Shown: positions 36,936 to 46,973, numbered from the stretch's first letter. The stretch is DNA of 64,000 bases from Candidatus Poribacteria bacterium (GCA_965207855.1 OZ242310.1:1811600-1875599); one strand, 5' to 3'. The notes: generated by a model not told the origin, from the letters alone. Made by a program: numbers and translations.

Positions 36936-38393
36936 ATGTCTGACAAACCTCATGTGCTTCTAATTTCAACAGACCATTGGCCCAACTCGTTGTTGGGTGT
37001 CAGTGGACACCCCGCTATCCAAACACCTACTTTAGATACCCTCGCTCGTGCTGGCACGCGTTTTACGCGCGGCTACAGCGAATGTCCCGTCTGCGTTCCC
37101 GCTCGAAAAACGTTGATGACTGGGACAACAACACGGACCCATAAAGACCGGGTTTTTAATGATCGTCAAGGACTCAATGGACTCCCAACGATCGCACAAA
37201 CCTTTCGAGATGCAGGGTATCAGGCTTACGCTGTTGGCAAACTGCATGTCTATCCCCAACGCGATCGCATCGGATTCGACGATGTGATATTGGGTGAGGA
37301 GGGTAGACTCCAATACGGTGCGATTGACGATTATGAGTTGTTCCTTGGCGATAGGGGTTATGCCGGTCAGCAATTCGCACACGGTATGTGTAACAACGAT
37401 TATCTCAACCGACCTTGGCACTTGCCTGAGGATTGCCACGTCACGAACTGGAGCACACAGCAGATGGTCCGGATGATTAAACGCCGCGACCCAACCCGTC
37501 CGGGATTTTGGTATCTCTCCTATTGCCATCCACATCCGCCTCTGGCACCGCTCCAATGCTATATGGACATGTATCGCGATATTGACGTAGACATGCCCTA
37601 TTACGGCGAGTGGGCGAAGCAAACAGAGCAGTTGCCTTTACCGCTAAAAGGACGGCAGAAGCAGGACGAACACTTTACAGAGGATCAGATTCGTTCGGCA
37701 CGCCAAGCGTTTTATGCCCTCTGTACCCACATTGACCATCAACTCCGTGTTGTTATTGGGACTTTGCGGGAAGAAGGCCTGTTGAACAACACGATTTTGC
37801 TCTTCACATCCGATCACGGCGATATGCTCGGAAATCATGGGATGTGGGCAAAACGCCTCTACTATGAAGATTCCACAAACGTTCCTATGATTCTCGTCGG
37901 CACTGCAGGCGACGAACGCGTCGGACATCACAGAGTGGACGATCGCCTCGTCGGATGGCAGGATGTAATGCCAACCCTACTCCACTTAGCAGGCATTGAT
38001 ATTCCCGATACGGTCGAAGGTATACCGATGGTAGGCGAGCAAAAACGCGAGTGGTTGTATGGTGAGATTGGTGTCGGTGGGAGTGCGACCCGAATGGTTC
38101 ATGAGGGGCGTTTCAAACTTATCTATTATGCCACCGGAAATTACCGACAACTTTTCGATTTGGAAGAGGACCCAAGGGAATTAAACGACCTCGCCAATTC
38201 ACCGGCACACGCTGAAGTCCTTGACCGATTGACAAATCTTATGATTGGCGAACTCTATGGAGACGATGAGAAATGGTTGCAAGATGGCAAACTCCTCGGT
38301 TTACCTGATCGGGAGTATCGTCCATCTCCCAACCGCGCCTTATCCGGTCAACGTGGACTTCACTGGCCACCACAGCCATCCACGGGACGTTAG
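36936..38393 (+). CDS. Formylglycine-dependent sulfatase (arylsulfatase family)
   Basis: 'LLISTDHW' and 'CPVCVPARKTLMTG' (C-x-P-x-R...TG) signature; 'FTSDHGDMLGNHG'. Confidence 0.85.
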   Translation: MSDKPHVLLISTDHWPNSLLGVSGHPAIQTPTLDTLARAGTRFTRGYSECPVCVPARKTLMTGTTTRTHKDRVFNDRQGLNGLPTIAQTFRDAGYQAYAVGKLHVYPQRDRIGFDDVILGEEGRLQYGAIDDYELFLGDRGYAGQQFAHGMCNNDYLNRPWHLPEDCHVTNWSTQQMVRMIKRRDPTRPGFWYLSYCHPHPPLAPLQCYMDMYRDIDVDMPYYGEWAKQTEQLPLPLKGRQKQDEHFTEDQIRSARQAFYALCTHIDHQLRVVIGTLREEGLLNNTILLFTSDHGDMLGNHGMWAKRLYYEDSTNVPMILVGTAGDERVGHHRVDDRLVGWQDVMPTLLHLAGIDIPDTVEGIPMVGEQKREWLYGEIGVGGSATRMVHEGRFKLIYYATGNYRQLFDLEEDPRELNDLANSPAHAEVLDRLTNLMIGELYGDDEKWLQDGKLLGLPDREYRPSPNRALSGQRGLHWPPQPSTGR

Positions 38394-38411
38394 AGAAAAT
38401 TTCTAAAAATC

Positions 38412-38440
38412 TTGACAAAGTTTTTCAAATTAACTATATT
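38412..38440 (+). promoter_or_regulatory. Sigma70-type promoter TTGACA-N17-TATATT upstream of STAS gene
   Basis: cttgacaaagtttttcaaattaactatatt read directly. Confidence 0.45.
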
Positions 38441-38522
38441 AACCTATTGACATTTTTTGTTAGGTCATAGACCGAAATTCCACAATGGTGTAATAACACA
38501 AACAACTAAGAGAGGAGAATAG

Positions 38523-38876
38523 ATGTTAGCAGAAATACGTCAAAGAGAAGGTGTTATCGTTATTCGACCCACCGGCCGTATGATTGGTGCGGCAAACGCT
38601 GAAATTAGAGAGCAAATTAATGAGGAACTTGAAGAGTATTTCGACTCTCCAAAGGTAATCTTTAATCTTGAGAATGTCACTCGAATGGATAGTAGTGGGC
38701 TCGGTACACTCGTTTCTGTAAATGTGACTGTCTCTCGAAAAGGGGGGCGGACCGCACTCGTTAATGCAGGTGCGCACATCCGAAACCTTCTTATCCTCGG
38801 TCGATTAATGAGCGTTTTCGAGACTTACAATAGCGAAGAAGAGGGAATCCTCGCGCTCACTTCTGATGAAACCTAA
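38523..38876 (+). CDS. STAS-domain anti-sigma-factor antagonist (SpoIIAA-like)
   Basis: 'VIVIRPTGRMIGAANAEIREQI...NLENVTRMDSSGLGTLVSVNVTVSRKGGRTALVNA'. Confidence 0.8.
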   Translation: MLAEIRQREGVIVIRPTGRMIGAANAEIREQINEELEEYFDSPKVIFNLENVTRMDSSGLGTLVSVNVTVSRKGGRTALVNAGAHIRNLLILGRLMSVFETYNSEEEGILALTSDET

Positions 38877-38984
38877 TAAATCGGGTAGAGCCGTTTAGTT
38901 CAACCTCTGCCCGGCTTTCGCCTGAATCGAAAACTAAATGGCTCCAACACAATAGAGGAAACCCAGATACGAAAAAGGGAATTT

Positions 38985-40139
38985 ATGGCAAATCAGAATC
39001 TTCCAACGTTTACCGTTAGTGCCGGTTTCCACGATCGAAGTGGATGTCCGGTTAGTGTTAACGTTGATCACCCGGGTGTGAGCCAACTTCATGATTGTCC
39101 CGTCACCTTAACGGATGTGGCATCGGGTAGCGTCATCTCGGCGCAATGTTATGCCAATGAGGACGGTTCTACTACCTTAAATTGGATACTTGACGGACTC
39201 GCTGCCGACGAATCGCGCACTTATACCCTCTCGGAAGGAAGTGTCACTGGCGAATCAGGCGTTCAGTTCAAAGAGGAAGCCGAAACTATCGCCATCACAC
39301 TCAATGACCGATCTTTTACAACGTTCCGCTATGCTAAAACGCAGTTCCGACCTTACTTCTTTCCCGTCCTCGGTCCGAATGGACGCGAAGTAACACGGGG
39401 TGAGACGAGCGACATCTCGAAAGATCACGTGCATCACCGTTCGCTCTACGTCGCGTACGGCGAAGTTAATGATGTAGATCTCTGGGGAGAAGGGAGTAAT
39501 TCTGGAAGAGTCGTGCATCAGGGCTTTACACAAAAACAGGGTGGTGCCGTCGTCGGTAGGATTTATACCGAAAATAATTGGGAAACCCGCGAAGGCAACG
39601 TTCTGATGACCGACAAACAGAACTTCCGTATCTATAACCTACCTGAAGATGCTGCGCTTCTTGACCTTGATCTAACATTTATCGCTTCTGCTGGGGATGT
39701 CTACTTCGGAGATACCAAGGAGGGCGGTATTATGTCGATTCGTGTCCATCCATCAATGAATGCTTCGGACGGTGGAAAAATAGAGAACGCTTTCGGTGGT
39801 ATCAATGAGGATGAGACGTGGGGCAAACGTGCAAACTGGTGTGATTATTCCGGCGTTGTTAATGGAACACCTGTCGGACTTGCGGTGTTTGATCATCTCA
39901 TCAACCCACGCTATCCAACATACTGGCACGTGCGGAATTACGGACTGATGGGAACGAATATCTTCGGGGGCGGTACCTTTGAAGGGGACCCCGCTAAAGA
40001 CGGTTCGTACACGCTCAAAGAAGGCGATCAGATGCACTTCCGATTCCGTGTCCTTATTCATGCAGGCGATGCAACCACCGGTAGGGTCGCGCAAAAATAT
40101 CACGATTTCATCAACCCACCAGTCGTTGAGGTGTCCTAA
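38985..40139 (+). CDS. Hypothetical protein (possibly DUF6807/PmoA-like) upstream of a Gfo/Idh/MocA gene
   Basis: 384-aa ORF with strong coding character; family call weak. Confidence 0.5.
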   Translation: MANQNLPTFTVSAGFHDRSGCPVSVNVDHPGVSQLHDCPVTLTDVASGSVISAQCYANEDGSTTLNWILDGLAADESRTYTLSEGSVTGESGVQFKEEAETIAITLNDRSFTTFRYAKTQFRPYFFPVLGPNGREVTRGETSDISKDHVHHRSLYVAYGEVNDVDLWGEGSNSGRVVHQGFTQKQGGAVVGRIYTENNWETREGNVLMTDKQNFRIYNLPEDAALLDLDLTFIASAGDVYFGDTKEGGIMSIRVHPSMNASDGGKIENAFGGINEDETWGKRANWCDYSGVVNGTPVGLAVFDHLINPRYPTYWHVRNYGLMGTNIFGGGTFEGDPAKDGSYTLKEGDQMHFRFRVLIHAGDATTGRVAQKYHDFINPPVVEVS

Positions 40140-40242
40140 CCTACTTGTCCGATTTAGGGGGTTGGATATCCAAATATATGGACAAACCGAAACCCTCTTT
40201 CTGACAACTGATAACTGACAGCCAGTATAAGGAGTTTCAGGA

Positions 40243-41310
40243 ATGCCAATCCCGACTATCCACGTCGGATGCACCCATTTCGCACATGGTCGTCTACAAG
40301 CACAAGTCAATTCGCACGGGTTAGAACCAATTGCGTGTGTGGACATCAACCTTGAAGCCGCACGAGACGGTGTGTCGTCAATAAACGGCGCACCTGAAGG
40401 CTTAACAGAACGTATCTACACGACAATAACCGAGGCAAAAGAGAAGCACGATGCACAGGCGTGCCTTATTTATGCCTCAACGACCGTTCACGCCAAGTTA
40501 ATTGTTGAGAGCCTGAATCTCGGTATGCATACCCTCTGTGTTAAACCTATTGCAACAACACAGTCAGAATTTCATGAAATTATCCAAGCACACAAGGCAA
40601 ATTCTGGCTTGATGCTGGTTCAAGGACAAAACAAACGTTGGAATCCTGCCGCATCGAAAATGCGAGAGTGGCTACGGGAAGACGGTGGTATCGGTGAAAT
40701 GTTAGCCGGTGAGTGCCGCTTCTGGATTCGACAGAACCTCTACACTGGACCCGATTCCAGACAACCTGACGCTTATGTAGACGGGCTGTTCTTTCACGCG
40801 GGGACGAGTCATCAACTCGACCAACTCGTTGCAGCCAAAGGACTTCCGAAATATGTCACAGCGCATATCCATAACCGTCGGGATCCTGCATTGGGACAAA
40901 TCCATGCGTGGGGCACTGCGGGTGGCAACGCACTTATGGAATATGCAAACGGCGCGCCTTTCTCTTATGCGGGGACCCGAGCAGGACACGCATCGCCCTT
41001 CGGTTGGAGTGGGCATTGGAGTTTCCACGGAGAAGACGGAGATATCCGCCGCGATGCAGGACATTTGCAGCTGTTCCGACTCGGTGAAACTCTTGAAGAT
41101 TTAACACTCCAGGATCTACATGCAGGGCTTATAGAGGACGATAGACTCCAATTTGATGCGTTCGCTCAGGCGATTACAGCAGGCACAGATCGGGAGTGGA
41201 TGCAGGAGACGACCCTCGGTACATGGGTGCTGGTGGAAGCCTGCAATGAATCGGCACGAACGCACGAACGCGTTGATGTCGAAGCGTTCGCGAAGAAAAT
41301 GCTTGGTTGA
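40243..41310 (+). CDS. Gfo/Idh/MocA-like oxidoreductase
   Basis: N-terminal dinucleotide-binding pattern 'IHVGCTHFAHGRL...PIACVDIN', family-like length and C-domain. Confidence 0.55.
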   Translation: MPIPTIHVGCTHFAHGRLQAQVNSHGLEPIACVDINLEAARDGVSSINGAPEGLTERIYTTITEAKEKHDAQACLIYASTTVHAKLIVESLNLGMHTLCVKPIATTQSEFHEIIQAHKANSGLMLVQGQNKRWNPAASKMREWLREDGGIGEMLAGECRFWIRQNLYTGPDSRQPDAYVDGLFFHAGTSHQLDQLVAAKGLPKYVTAHIHNRRDPALGQIHAWGTAGGNALMEYANGAPFSYAGTRAGHASPFGWSGHWSFHGEDGDIRRDAGHLQLFRLGETLEDLTLQDLHAGLIEDDRLQFDAFAQAITAGTDREWMQETTLGTWVLVEACNESARTHERVDVEAFAKKMLG

Positions 41311-41459
41311 TTAGTTATCAGTTGTCGGCGGCTATCTGAAACCGTTAGTTGATCACTGTTCAAAATGATCAAAACTCGTCGGTAAAGGGGCCGAACTTAC
41401 TCAGCCACCTCTTAACCGACTGCCGATAGCCAACAACTACAAAAAATGGAGGCTTCATA

Positions 41460-43088
41460 ATGCAATCTCCACACGGCTCAGCATTTCGTCCTTCTGTCAT
41501 GGGCAGAAATGGCATGGTTACATCCGGACACGTACTCGCGTCGCAGGCAGGTATTCAGACAATGATGGCAGGCGGCAATGCCGTTGATGCAGCCATCGCA
41601 ACTGCTGTCGCGCTTGGTATGGTTGAACCTGCGGGTTCCGGACTCGGTGGCGACGGTTTTATTCTCATCTATTGGGCGGAAACCGGGAAGGTTGAAGCGG
41701 TAAATGGGACGGGCCCCGCACCGCGTGCCGCGACTCGCGAAACCTACCTCAAAGACGGTGGAATTCCGATGAAAGGCATACGCAGTGTTTCGGTGCCGGG
41801 AATCGTTGACGCATGGCTCCTCGCACACGAACGCTACGGTGCTCTCAAATTAGAGGATGTTTTCGCTCCCGCAATCGCCCTCTGTGAAGAAGGGTTTCCT
41901 GTGAGCCATAGACTCGCTGGTGGTCTTAAGGGCGAGAACCCGCGTTTCGCCGCTGAACCAGACAGCCGGGCGATCTTTACAAACGAGGGTGAATCCATCC
42001 CTGCTGGTCAATTCATTGCGAATCCCAATCTCGGTAAAACCCTCCGAAAGATTGCTGAACACGGAAGAGACATATTCTATAAAGGTGAAATTGCGCAGGC
42101 TATCGGTGAGTTCAGTCGTGCTCATGACGGACTCTTGACGGCAGAGGATCTCGCTGACTATCACGCGCATTGGGATGAGCCGATACACGTCAACTACCGC
42201 GGGTACGAGGTTTATGAGATGCCCCCGAATTCGAGTGGGCATATCTTACTTCAAGAGCTGAATATGGTTGAACGCTTTGACTTGCAGACCTTGGGGTGTA
42301 ATACGCCTGAAAGTGTACATCTGATGGTTGAAGCGAAGAAACTCGCCTTCGCGGATCGCGAGAAATATATGGCGGATCCGAATTGGGTTGACATTCCTTT
42401 GGACGGAATGTTGTCGAAATCCTATGCTGCTGAACGCGCTGAACAGATTGATTTAGAGAGGGCAGCTGTTGATGTTCCTGCTGGTGGTCCAGAGGCACAC
42501 GAAGATACAACCTGTTTCTGCACCGCAGACCGTGCAGGCAATCTCGTCTGTATATTACAGAGCATCCAATCAGGGTTCGGTTCCGCACTGGTTGCAGGGG
42601 ACACTGGAGTCCTCTTGAACAATCGGATGACCTATTGGCACTTAGAGGAAGGACATCCAAACTGTCTGATGCCGGGCAAACGCGTCCGCCACACAATGAA
42701 CCCTGTCATCGTCACAAAGGAGGGACAGCCCTTCATCGCGTGTGGTACACCCGGTGCGGATACACAGGTTCAGACGAACCTTCAGCTCGTTACCCACATG
42801 ATAGATTTCGGAATGACACCACAGGAAGCCGTTTCTGCTCCGCGCTGGCGCAGCCTTCAAAATCCGATGGAATCCACTATTCCGCACACTTGCTCTAATG
42901 ATCTCCAGTTAGAAAATCGATTCCAGACGGATACGAAGGACGGTTTGGCGAAGCGAGGGCATGAACTCCAGATTCTCGGCGATTGGGGCGGTCCAGGAAG
43001 CGCACAGGCAATCATGGTTCATCCTGAATCTGGGGCACTTATTGGCGGCTCTGATCCGAGAACGGATGGGTATGCAGTCACTTTTTAG
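41460..43088 (+). CDS. ggt: Gamma-glutamyltransferase family protein (paralog 2)
   Basis: 'GRNGMVTSGHVLASQAGIQTMMAGGNAVDAAIA...AGSGLGGDGFIL' and 'TTCFCTADRAGNLVCILQSIQSGFGS'. Confidence 0.9.
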   Translation: MQSPHGSAFRPSVMGRNGMVTSGHVLASQAGIQTMMAGGNAVDAAIATAVALGMVEPAGSGLGGDGFILIYWAETGKVEAVNGTGPAPRAATRETYLKDGGIPMKGIRSVSVPGIVDAWLLAHERYGALKLEDVFAPAIALCEEGFPVSHRLAGGLKGENPRFAAEPDSRAIFTNEGESIPAGQFIANPNLGKTLRKIAEHGRDIFYKGEIAQAIGEFSRAHDGLLTAEDLADYHAHWDEPIHVNYRGYEVYEMPPNSSGHILLQELNMVERFDLQTLGCNTPESVHLMVEAKKLAFADREKYMADPNWVDIPLDGMLSKSYAAERAEQIDLERAAVDVPAGGPEAHEDTTCFCTADRAGNLVCILQSIQSGFGSALVAGDTGVLLNNRMTYWHLEEGHPNCLMPGKRVRHTMNPVIVTKEGQPFIACGTPGADTQVQTNLQLVTHMIDFGMTPQEAVSAPRWRSLQNPMESTIPHTCSNDLQLENRFQTDTKDGLAKRGHELQILGDWGGPGSAQAIMVHPESGALIGGSDPRTDGYAVTF

Positions 43089-43098
43089 GAGGATTATC

Positions 43099-43953
43099 AT
43101 GAATAGCAGCATTATGGATAGGGTCGTGCATGCGATCCTCATAACAATCTTTTGTTTTTCAACAGCAGCGGTGTGGGCAGCGGATACTGTTCTTTTTGAA
43201 GAAGACTTTGAGGATGTACCACTCGAAGCAAGTATAATGGAACAGATTAAAGATAAAGATGTTTGGTCAGGCACGCCACCTGAGGGTTGGGAAATTACAA
43301 ACGAAAATCCGGATGACCTCGGCATGCCCGAGTGGAGAACTTGGGCAATCGTCGATCTTGAGTGGTGGACGCGAACAGCGGAAGACCAGAGGCGTAGTGA
43401 GTTCACAGGCGTACACAATGATGGCAAGGGCGTAGGGAAAGGCGCGGTCTCTGACCCTGATGAGTGGGACGATTGGGAGGGGAATGGCAACCCTGATGCT
43501 ATCAGTCGTTGGAATGGCCACTTAATTACCCCGCCCATTAAAATCAAGGGCGCGGCAGAGGGATCGCTCGTCTTAACGTTGGATTCGAGTTGGCGGCCCG
43601 AAGATACGCAGAACGCAGAGATAACAGTCAGCTTTGATGGCGACGCCGAAGAACGTATCTTATTCTTTCAGAGCGTCGGTATTGATGCAGGGGCGCACAC
43701 CCTCGTTACGATTCCTACTCTTAAACTAAAGGAAGATAAAATAAACGACGGAGAGCAGATAAACGAAACGTTAGAAATCCCGATTGACAACCCCGCCGGT
43801 GCCGCTGAGATGGTCATTAGTTTCGGGGTCATTGATGCACAGAATGATTGGTGGTGGGCGATAGATAATATAGAACTCATCAGCACTGCTTATGATGTAG
43901 AGCCGAAAAATAAATTAGCGGTGAGATGGGCAGAAATAAAACGCTCGCAATAG
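43099..43953 (+). CDS. Secreted hypothetical protein
   Basis: ATG at 43099 after AGGAGG; signal peptide HAILITIFCFSTAAVWAAD; no recognisable family. Confidence 0.6.
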   Translation: MNSSIMDRVVHAILITIFCFSTAAVWAADTVLFEEDFEDVPLEASIMEQIKDKDVWSGTPPEGWEITNENPDDLGMPEWRTWAIVDLEWWTRTAEDQRRSEFTGVHNDGKGVGKGAVSDPDEWDDWEGNGNPDAISRWNGHLITPPIKIKGAAEGSLVLTLDSSWRPEDTQNAEITVSFDGDAEERILFFQSVGIDAGAHTLVTIPTLKLKEDKINDGEQINETLEIPIDNPAGAAEMVISFGVIDAQNDWWWAIDNIELISTAYDVEPKNKLAVRWAEIKRSQ

Positions 43954-43990
43954 CCTTCTTTGCTATATTGTTAGCGACAAAGCAGTTCCC

Positions 43991-44015
43991 TTGTAGCACA
44001 AACTGTTAGTTTGTG
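43991..44015 (+). repeat. REP-like GTAG-headed palindrome, core family copy (TTGTAGCACAAACTGTTAGTTTGTG)
   Basis: Perfect 8-bp arms CACAAACT/AGTTTGTG; 38 bp after stop of 43099-43953. Confidence 0.6.
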
Positions 44016-44136
44016 GAATTTCGGGATGAACTGCCCAAAGGTTTCAATCTTTAAATTGAACGCACGTTAAAAAGAGTAATGCGCTTCCCGCAAGTGCATT
44101 GCTCTTTTATGCCTTACTGACTTTTAGGAGAAAGTC

Positions 44137-45189
44137 ATGAAAATTTTAGTCACAGGTGGCACAGGTCGCATTGGATCCAATCTCGTTAAAAAATTATTGG
44201 AAAAAGGACACACTGTCCGCAGCTTCGTTTATCTGGGTGATGTCAATCGTGTCGGAAAATGGGACGGGACGGAAAACGTTGAGACCGTTCTCGGCGATTT
44301 GCGTGAATATGAAGATGTTAAAAAAGCCGTTGAAGGGGTTGATGCCATCTATCATATTGCCGCCGCCTTTGGTGGGCCTTTTGATAACCGCCAGTACTTA
44401 GCAATCAACGGTATGGGGACCCTCAACATTTTGGAATGTGTTCGGGAATTCAATCCCAACATCCACCGTTTTGTTTATGCCTGTACAGAGGCAATTTATT
44501 GGGAACTCACCCAGAGAGGACGACTTTTCGATCAACACATCACCGAGGACATGGTCGCCAAATACCATCACATGCCCTATTTCCTTACCAAATGGATTGG
44601 TGAAGAACTCTGCATGACCTATCACCACCAGTATGGCGTTCCTTCAACGGTCTTCAGGTTCACAACCGTGATTGAGCCGAGCGAATATCTCAACGAGGAC
44701 GGTTTGCCGAGGCAATTTATTTTCAGTCCGATCTACAATCGGTACAAGAATTATACAGGGAACGATCCCGCTGAATTGGAGGCTGCAAATACGGTTAAAG
44801 GTCTTTGGGATGGACAAGAGAAATTCATACTCAAACGCAACCTTGACGGACGACCTTACAAGGAACATTTCACCGATGTACGGGATATTGTGCAAGGATT
44901 GGTTTTAGGGATTGAGAAGGATGCCGCTGTTGGCGAAGAATTCACGCTCGGTGGGAATGGCGTTTTCAAACATGAAGAGGTTATCCCTTACCTATGTGAA
45001 CGCTACCAGATGGGCTCCGTTGATGTCCAGCTCCCGCAACCCCTCTATTTTGAATTTGATTTGAGCAAAATCAAAACGCTGTTGGACTATAAACCGCAAC
45101 ACGATTTAGCGAGTATTCTTGACGCTGCTGAAGCGATGCGACGTGGTGAAGATGTCGGTATCATTCCGACGGGTGTTCGATGGAGTTAA
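44137..45189 (+). CDS. NAD-dependent epimerase/dehydratase (extended SDR) family protein
   Basis: 'MKILVTGGTGRIGSNLVKKLLEKGHTV' Rossmann; 'YACTEAIY' catalytic YxxxK region. Confidence 0.85.
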   Translation: MKILVTGGTGRIGSNLVKKLLEKGHTVRSFVYLGDVNRVGKWDGTENVETVLGDLREYEDVKKAVEGVDAIYHIAAAFGGPFDNRQYLAINGMGTLNILECVREFNPNIHRFVYACTEAIYWELTQRGRLFDQHITEDMVAKYHHMPYFLTKWIGEELCMTYHHQYGVPSTVFRFTTVIEPSEYLNEDGLPRQFIFSPIYNRYKNYTGNDPAELEAANTVKGLWDGQEKFILKRNLDGRPYKEHFTDVRDIVQGLVLGIEKDAAVGEEFTLGGNGVFKHEEVIPYLCERYQMGSVDVQLPQPLYFEFDLSKIKTLLDYKPQHDLASILDAAEAMRRGEDVGIIPTGVRWS

Positions 45190-45245
45190 GGCTTTTCCAG
45201 TAATTCCGCTTGATATTTTGTAGGTAATTGGGTTAAACTTATTGC

Positions 45246-46898
45246 ATGAAAGTGATTTTTCAAACCCTCTTTCTTTATGCCTTTGCTTTCCTCGTCTTCG
45301 CCTTTTCGACCCTGAATTGCACTAAAGGCACGCCGACAACGACTCGGTATGTCCCAGCAAGTACGAAGCACCTTGATCGGCATATTAGCGCTGTGCTAAA
45401 AAGAGAAGGGCTCCAACCCTCTAAGATGTCTGAAGATGCAGAATTTCTCCGTCGTATTCATCTCGATATGACCGGAAAAATCCCAACCCCCGAAGAAGTT
45501 CTCGACTTTCTCAAAGACGGCTCTTCAAACAAGCATCAGAGAAAAATTGACGACCTGCTCCAAAGCGAAGCATCTATCGACTATTGGACAGGAGTGTGGG
45601 TGAACTGGCTAATTGGTAGGCGGCGTGATAACGATGAGCAGCGCATTGGATTAGCATCTTGGGTGCGGGATGCCTTGACGAAAAATATGCCGTACAATCA
45701 GTTCGTCCAAGAGCTCATCGCAGCGGATGGTGAACTTCGTGACAACGGTGCTGGCAATTATATCCTCCGCTATGAACGTTCCCCAGTTGTCCTAACCTCA
45801 CAGAGCTCACGACTTTTCTTAGGTCTCCCGATGCAATGTGCAGAGTGCCACGATCATAAGACAGAAGCGTGGCTACAAGAAGATTTCTACGGTGTTGCTG
45901 CCTTTTTTACGGGGATTGAGAGTGAGCAGAAAGGGAACATCTGGGCGGTGAATTCGATAGGCGATGAGAGGCGAATACGGAATTATCTGATTACCAACAG
46001 ACCTCGAGGATCTATTTGGGTAAGCAGACTTAATACAGAAGTCTTTCCACGTTTCCTTGATGGAACTGAATACAATGGGGCTGCTATCGAAAAACGCAAA
46101 GCACTCGCCCAGTGGATAACGGACAAATCAAACCCATATTTTAGCCGCGCACTCGTGAACCGGATATGGAAACACTTTATGGGACGCGCATTCGTCGAAC
46201 CGCTTGATGGCTTCGGGGAGGAGAATCTGCCCACCAATCCTGCGCTATTGGACTGGCTTGCAAAAGATTTCATCATTCACGGATATAACTTGCAGCACCT
46301 CATGCGAACCATCTTGAATTCTGAGGCTTACCAGCGCACTTCAGAAACAAATGAAAGCAACAAAGACGATGAACTTTACTATTCACACGCGTACGTCAAA
46401 CCGCTCAGTGCCGAGCAGTTCTTCTATTCTATGCTCCAAGCCACCGGTTTTGAAAGACTCCAACAGGGCAAGTTGGACGGTCTCACAAAACGAGGCGGCG
46501 AAGACCGCAGAGGCGTGCTACGGACGCTTGAGCAGAGAAAGCGCGATCACCTCAGAAAGTTTCTGTTTCTCCTTGATAACGGCGAGATGGAAGAAATCGA
46601 AGCCTTCAACGGTACTGTTCCACAGGCACTTATGATGATTAATGGGAACATGGTGAATGATAGCGCGAACCACGAAGATCGCGGTAGTTTTATAAATTAT
46701 GTCCTTGAAAAATGGCGCGACCCGATTGAACGGATGGAGTATATCTACCTCAGTGTTCTTTCTCGCCTGCCGACTTCTCAAGAGAAAACCTATTTCCAAC
46801 GGTATTTAGAACGGAGTCTGTATCGGAACAAAGACTTGGCTTACGAGGATCTCTACTGGGTGTTGCTAAATTCTGCTGAGTTTTCGCTGAATCATTAG
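45246..46898 (+). CDS. DUF1549 (PSD1-type, Planctomycete-style) domain protein
   Basis: 'CAECHDHKTEAW' matches the C-x-x-C-H-D-H-K motif of DUF1549; signal peptide. Confidence 0.6.
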   Translation: MKVIFQTLFLYAFAFLVFAFSTLNCTKGTPTTTRYVPASTKHLDRHISAVLKREGLQPSKMSEDAEFLRRIHLDMTGKIPTPEEVLDFLKDGSSNKHQRKIDDLLQSEASIDYWTGVWVNWLIGRRRDNDEQRIGLASWVRDALTKNMPYNQFVQELIAADGELRDNGAGNYILRYERSPVVLTSQSSRLFLGLPMQCAECHDHKTEAWLQEDFYGVAAFFTGIESEQKGNIWAVNSIGDERRIRNYLITNRPRGSIWVSRLNTEVFPRFLDGTEYNGAAIEKRKALAQWITDKSNPYFSRALVNRIWKHFMGRAFVEPLDGFGEENLPTNPALLDWLAKDFIIHGYNLQHLMRTILNSEAYQRTSETNESNKDDELYYSHAYVKPLSAEQFFYSMLQATGFERLQQGKLDGLTKRGGEDRRGVLRTLEQRKRDHLRKFLFLLDNGEMEEIEAFNGTVPQALMMINGNMVNDSANHEDRGSFINYVLEKWRDPIERMEYIYLSVLSRLPTSQEKTYFQRYLERSLYRNKDLAYEDLYWVLLNSAEFSLNH

Positions 46899-46901
46899 TT
46901 T

Positions 46902-46973
46902 GCACAGCCTAACAGGTTATGCTACAAAAGAAAAAGACATAGGGATGCACAGCCTAACAGGCTATGCTACAAC
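46902..46973 (-). repeat. Tandem pair of REP-like GTAG-headed palindromes (inverted orientation relative to the other copies)
   Basis: tgcacagcctaacaggttatgctacaa at 46902-46928 and tgcacagcctaacaggctatgctacaa at 46947-46973. Reverse complement is TTGTAGCATAACCTGTTAGGCTGTGCA. Confidence 0.6.

Noticed and set aside
40152-40164. GATTTAGGGGGTT 13-mer identical to the MITE core, embedded in a 6-bp-arm hairpin after gene 38985-40139
   Set aside because: Too short to call a MITE copy by itself; reported only as a possible remnant under the MITE finding.
45213-45240. TTGTAG at 45215-45220 upstream of the DUF1549 gene as another REP-like copy
   Set aside because: No palindrome follows the TTGTAG head, so it does not meet the family definition.
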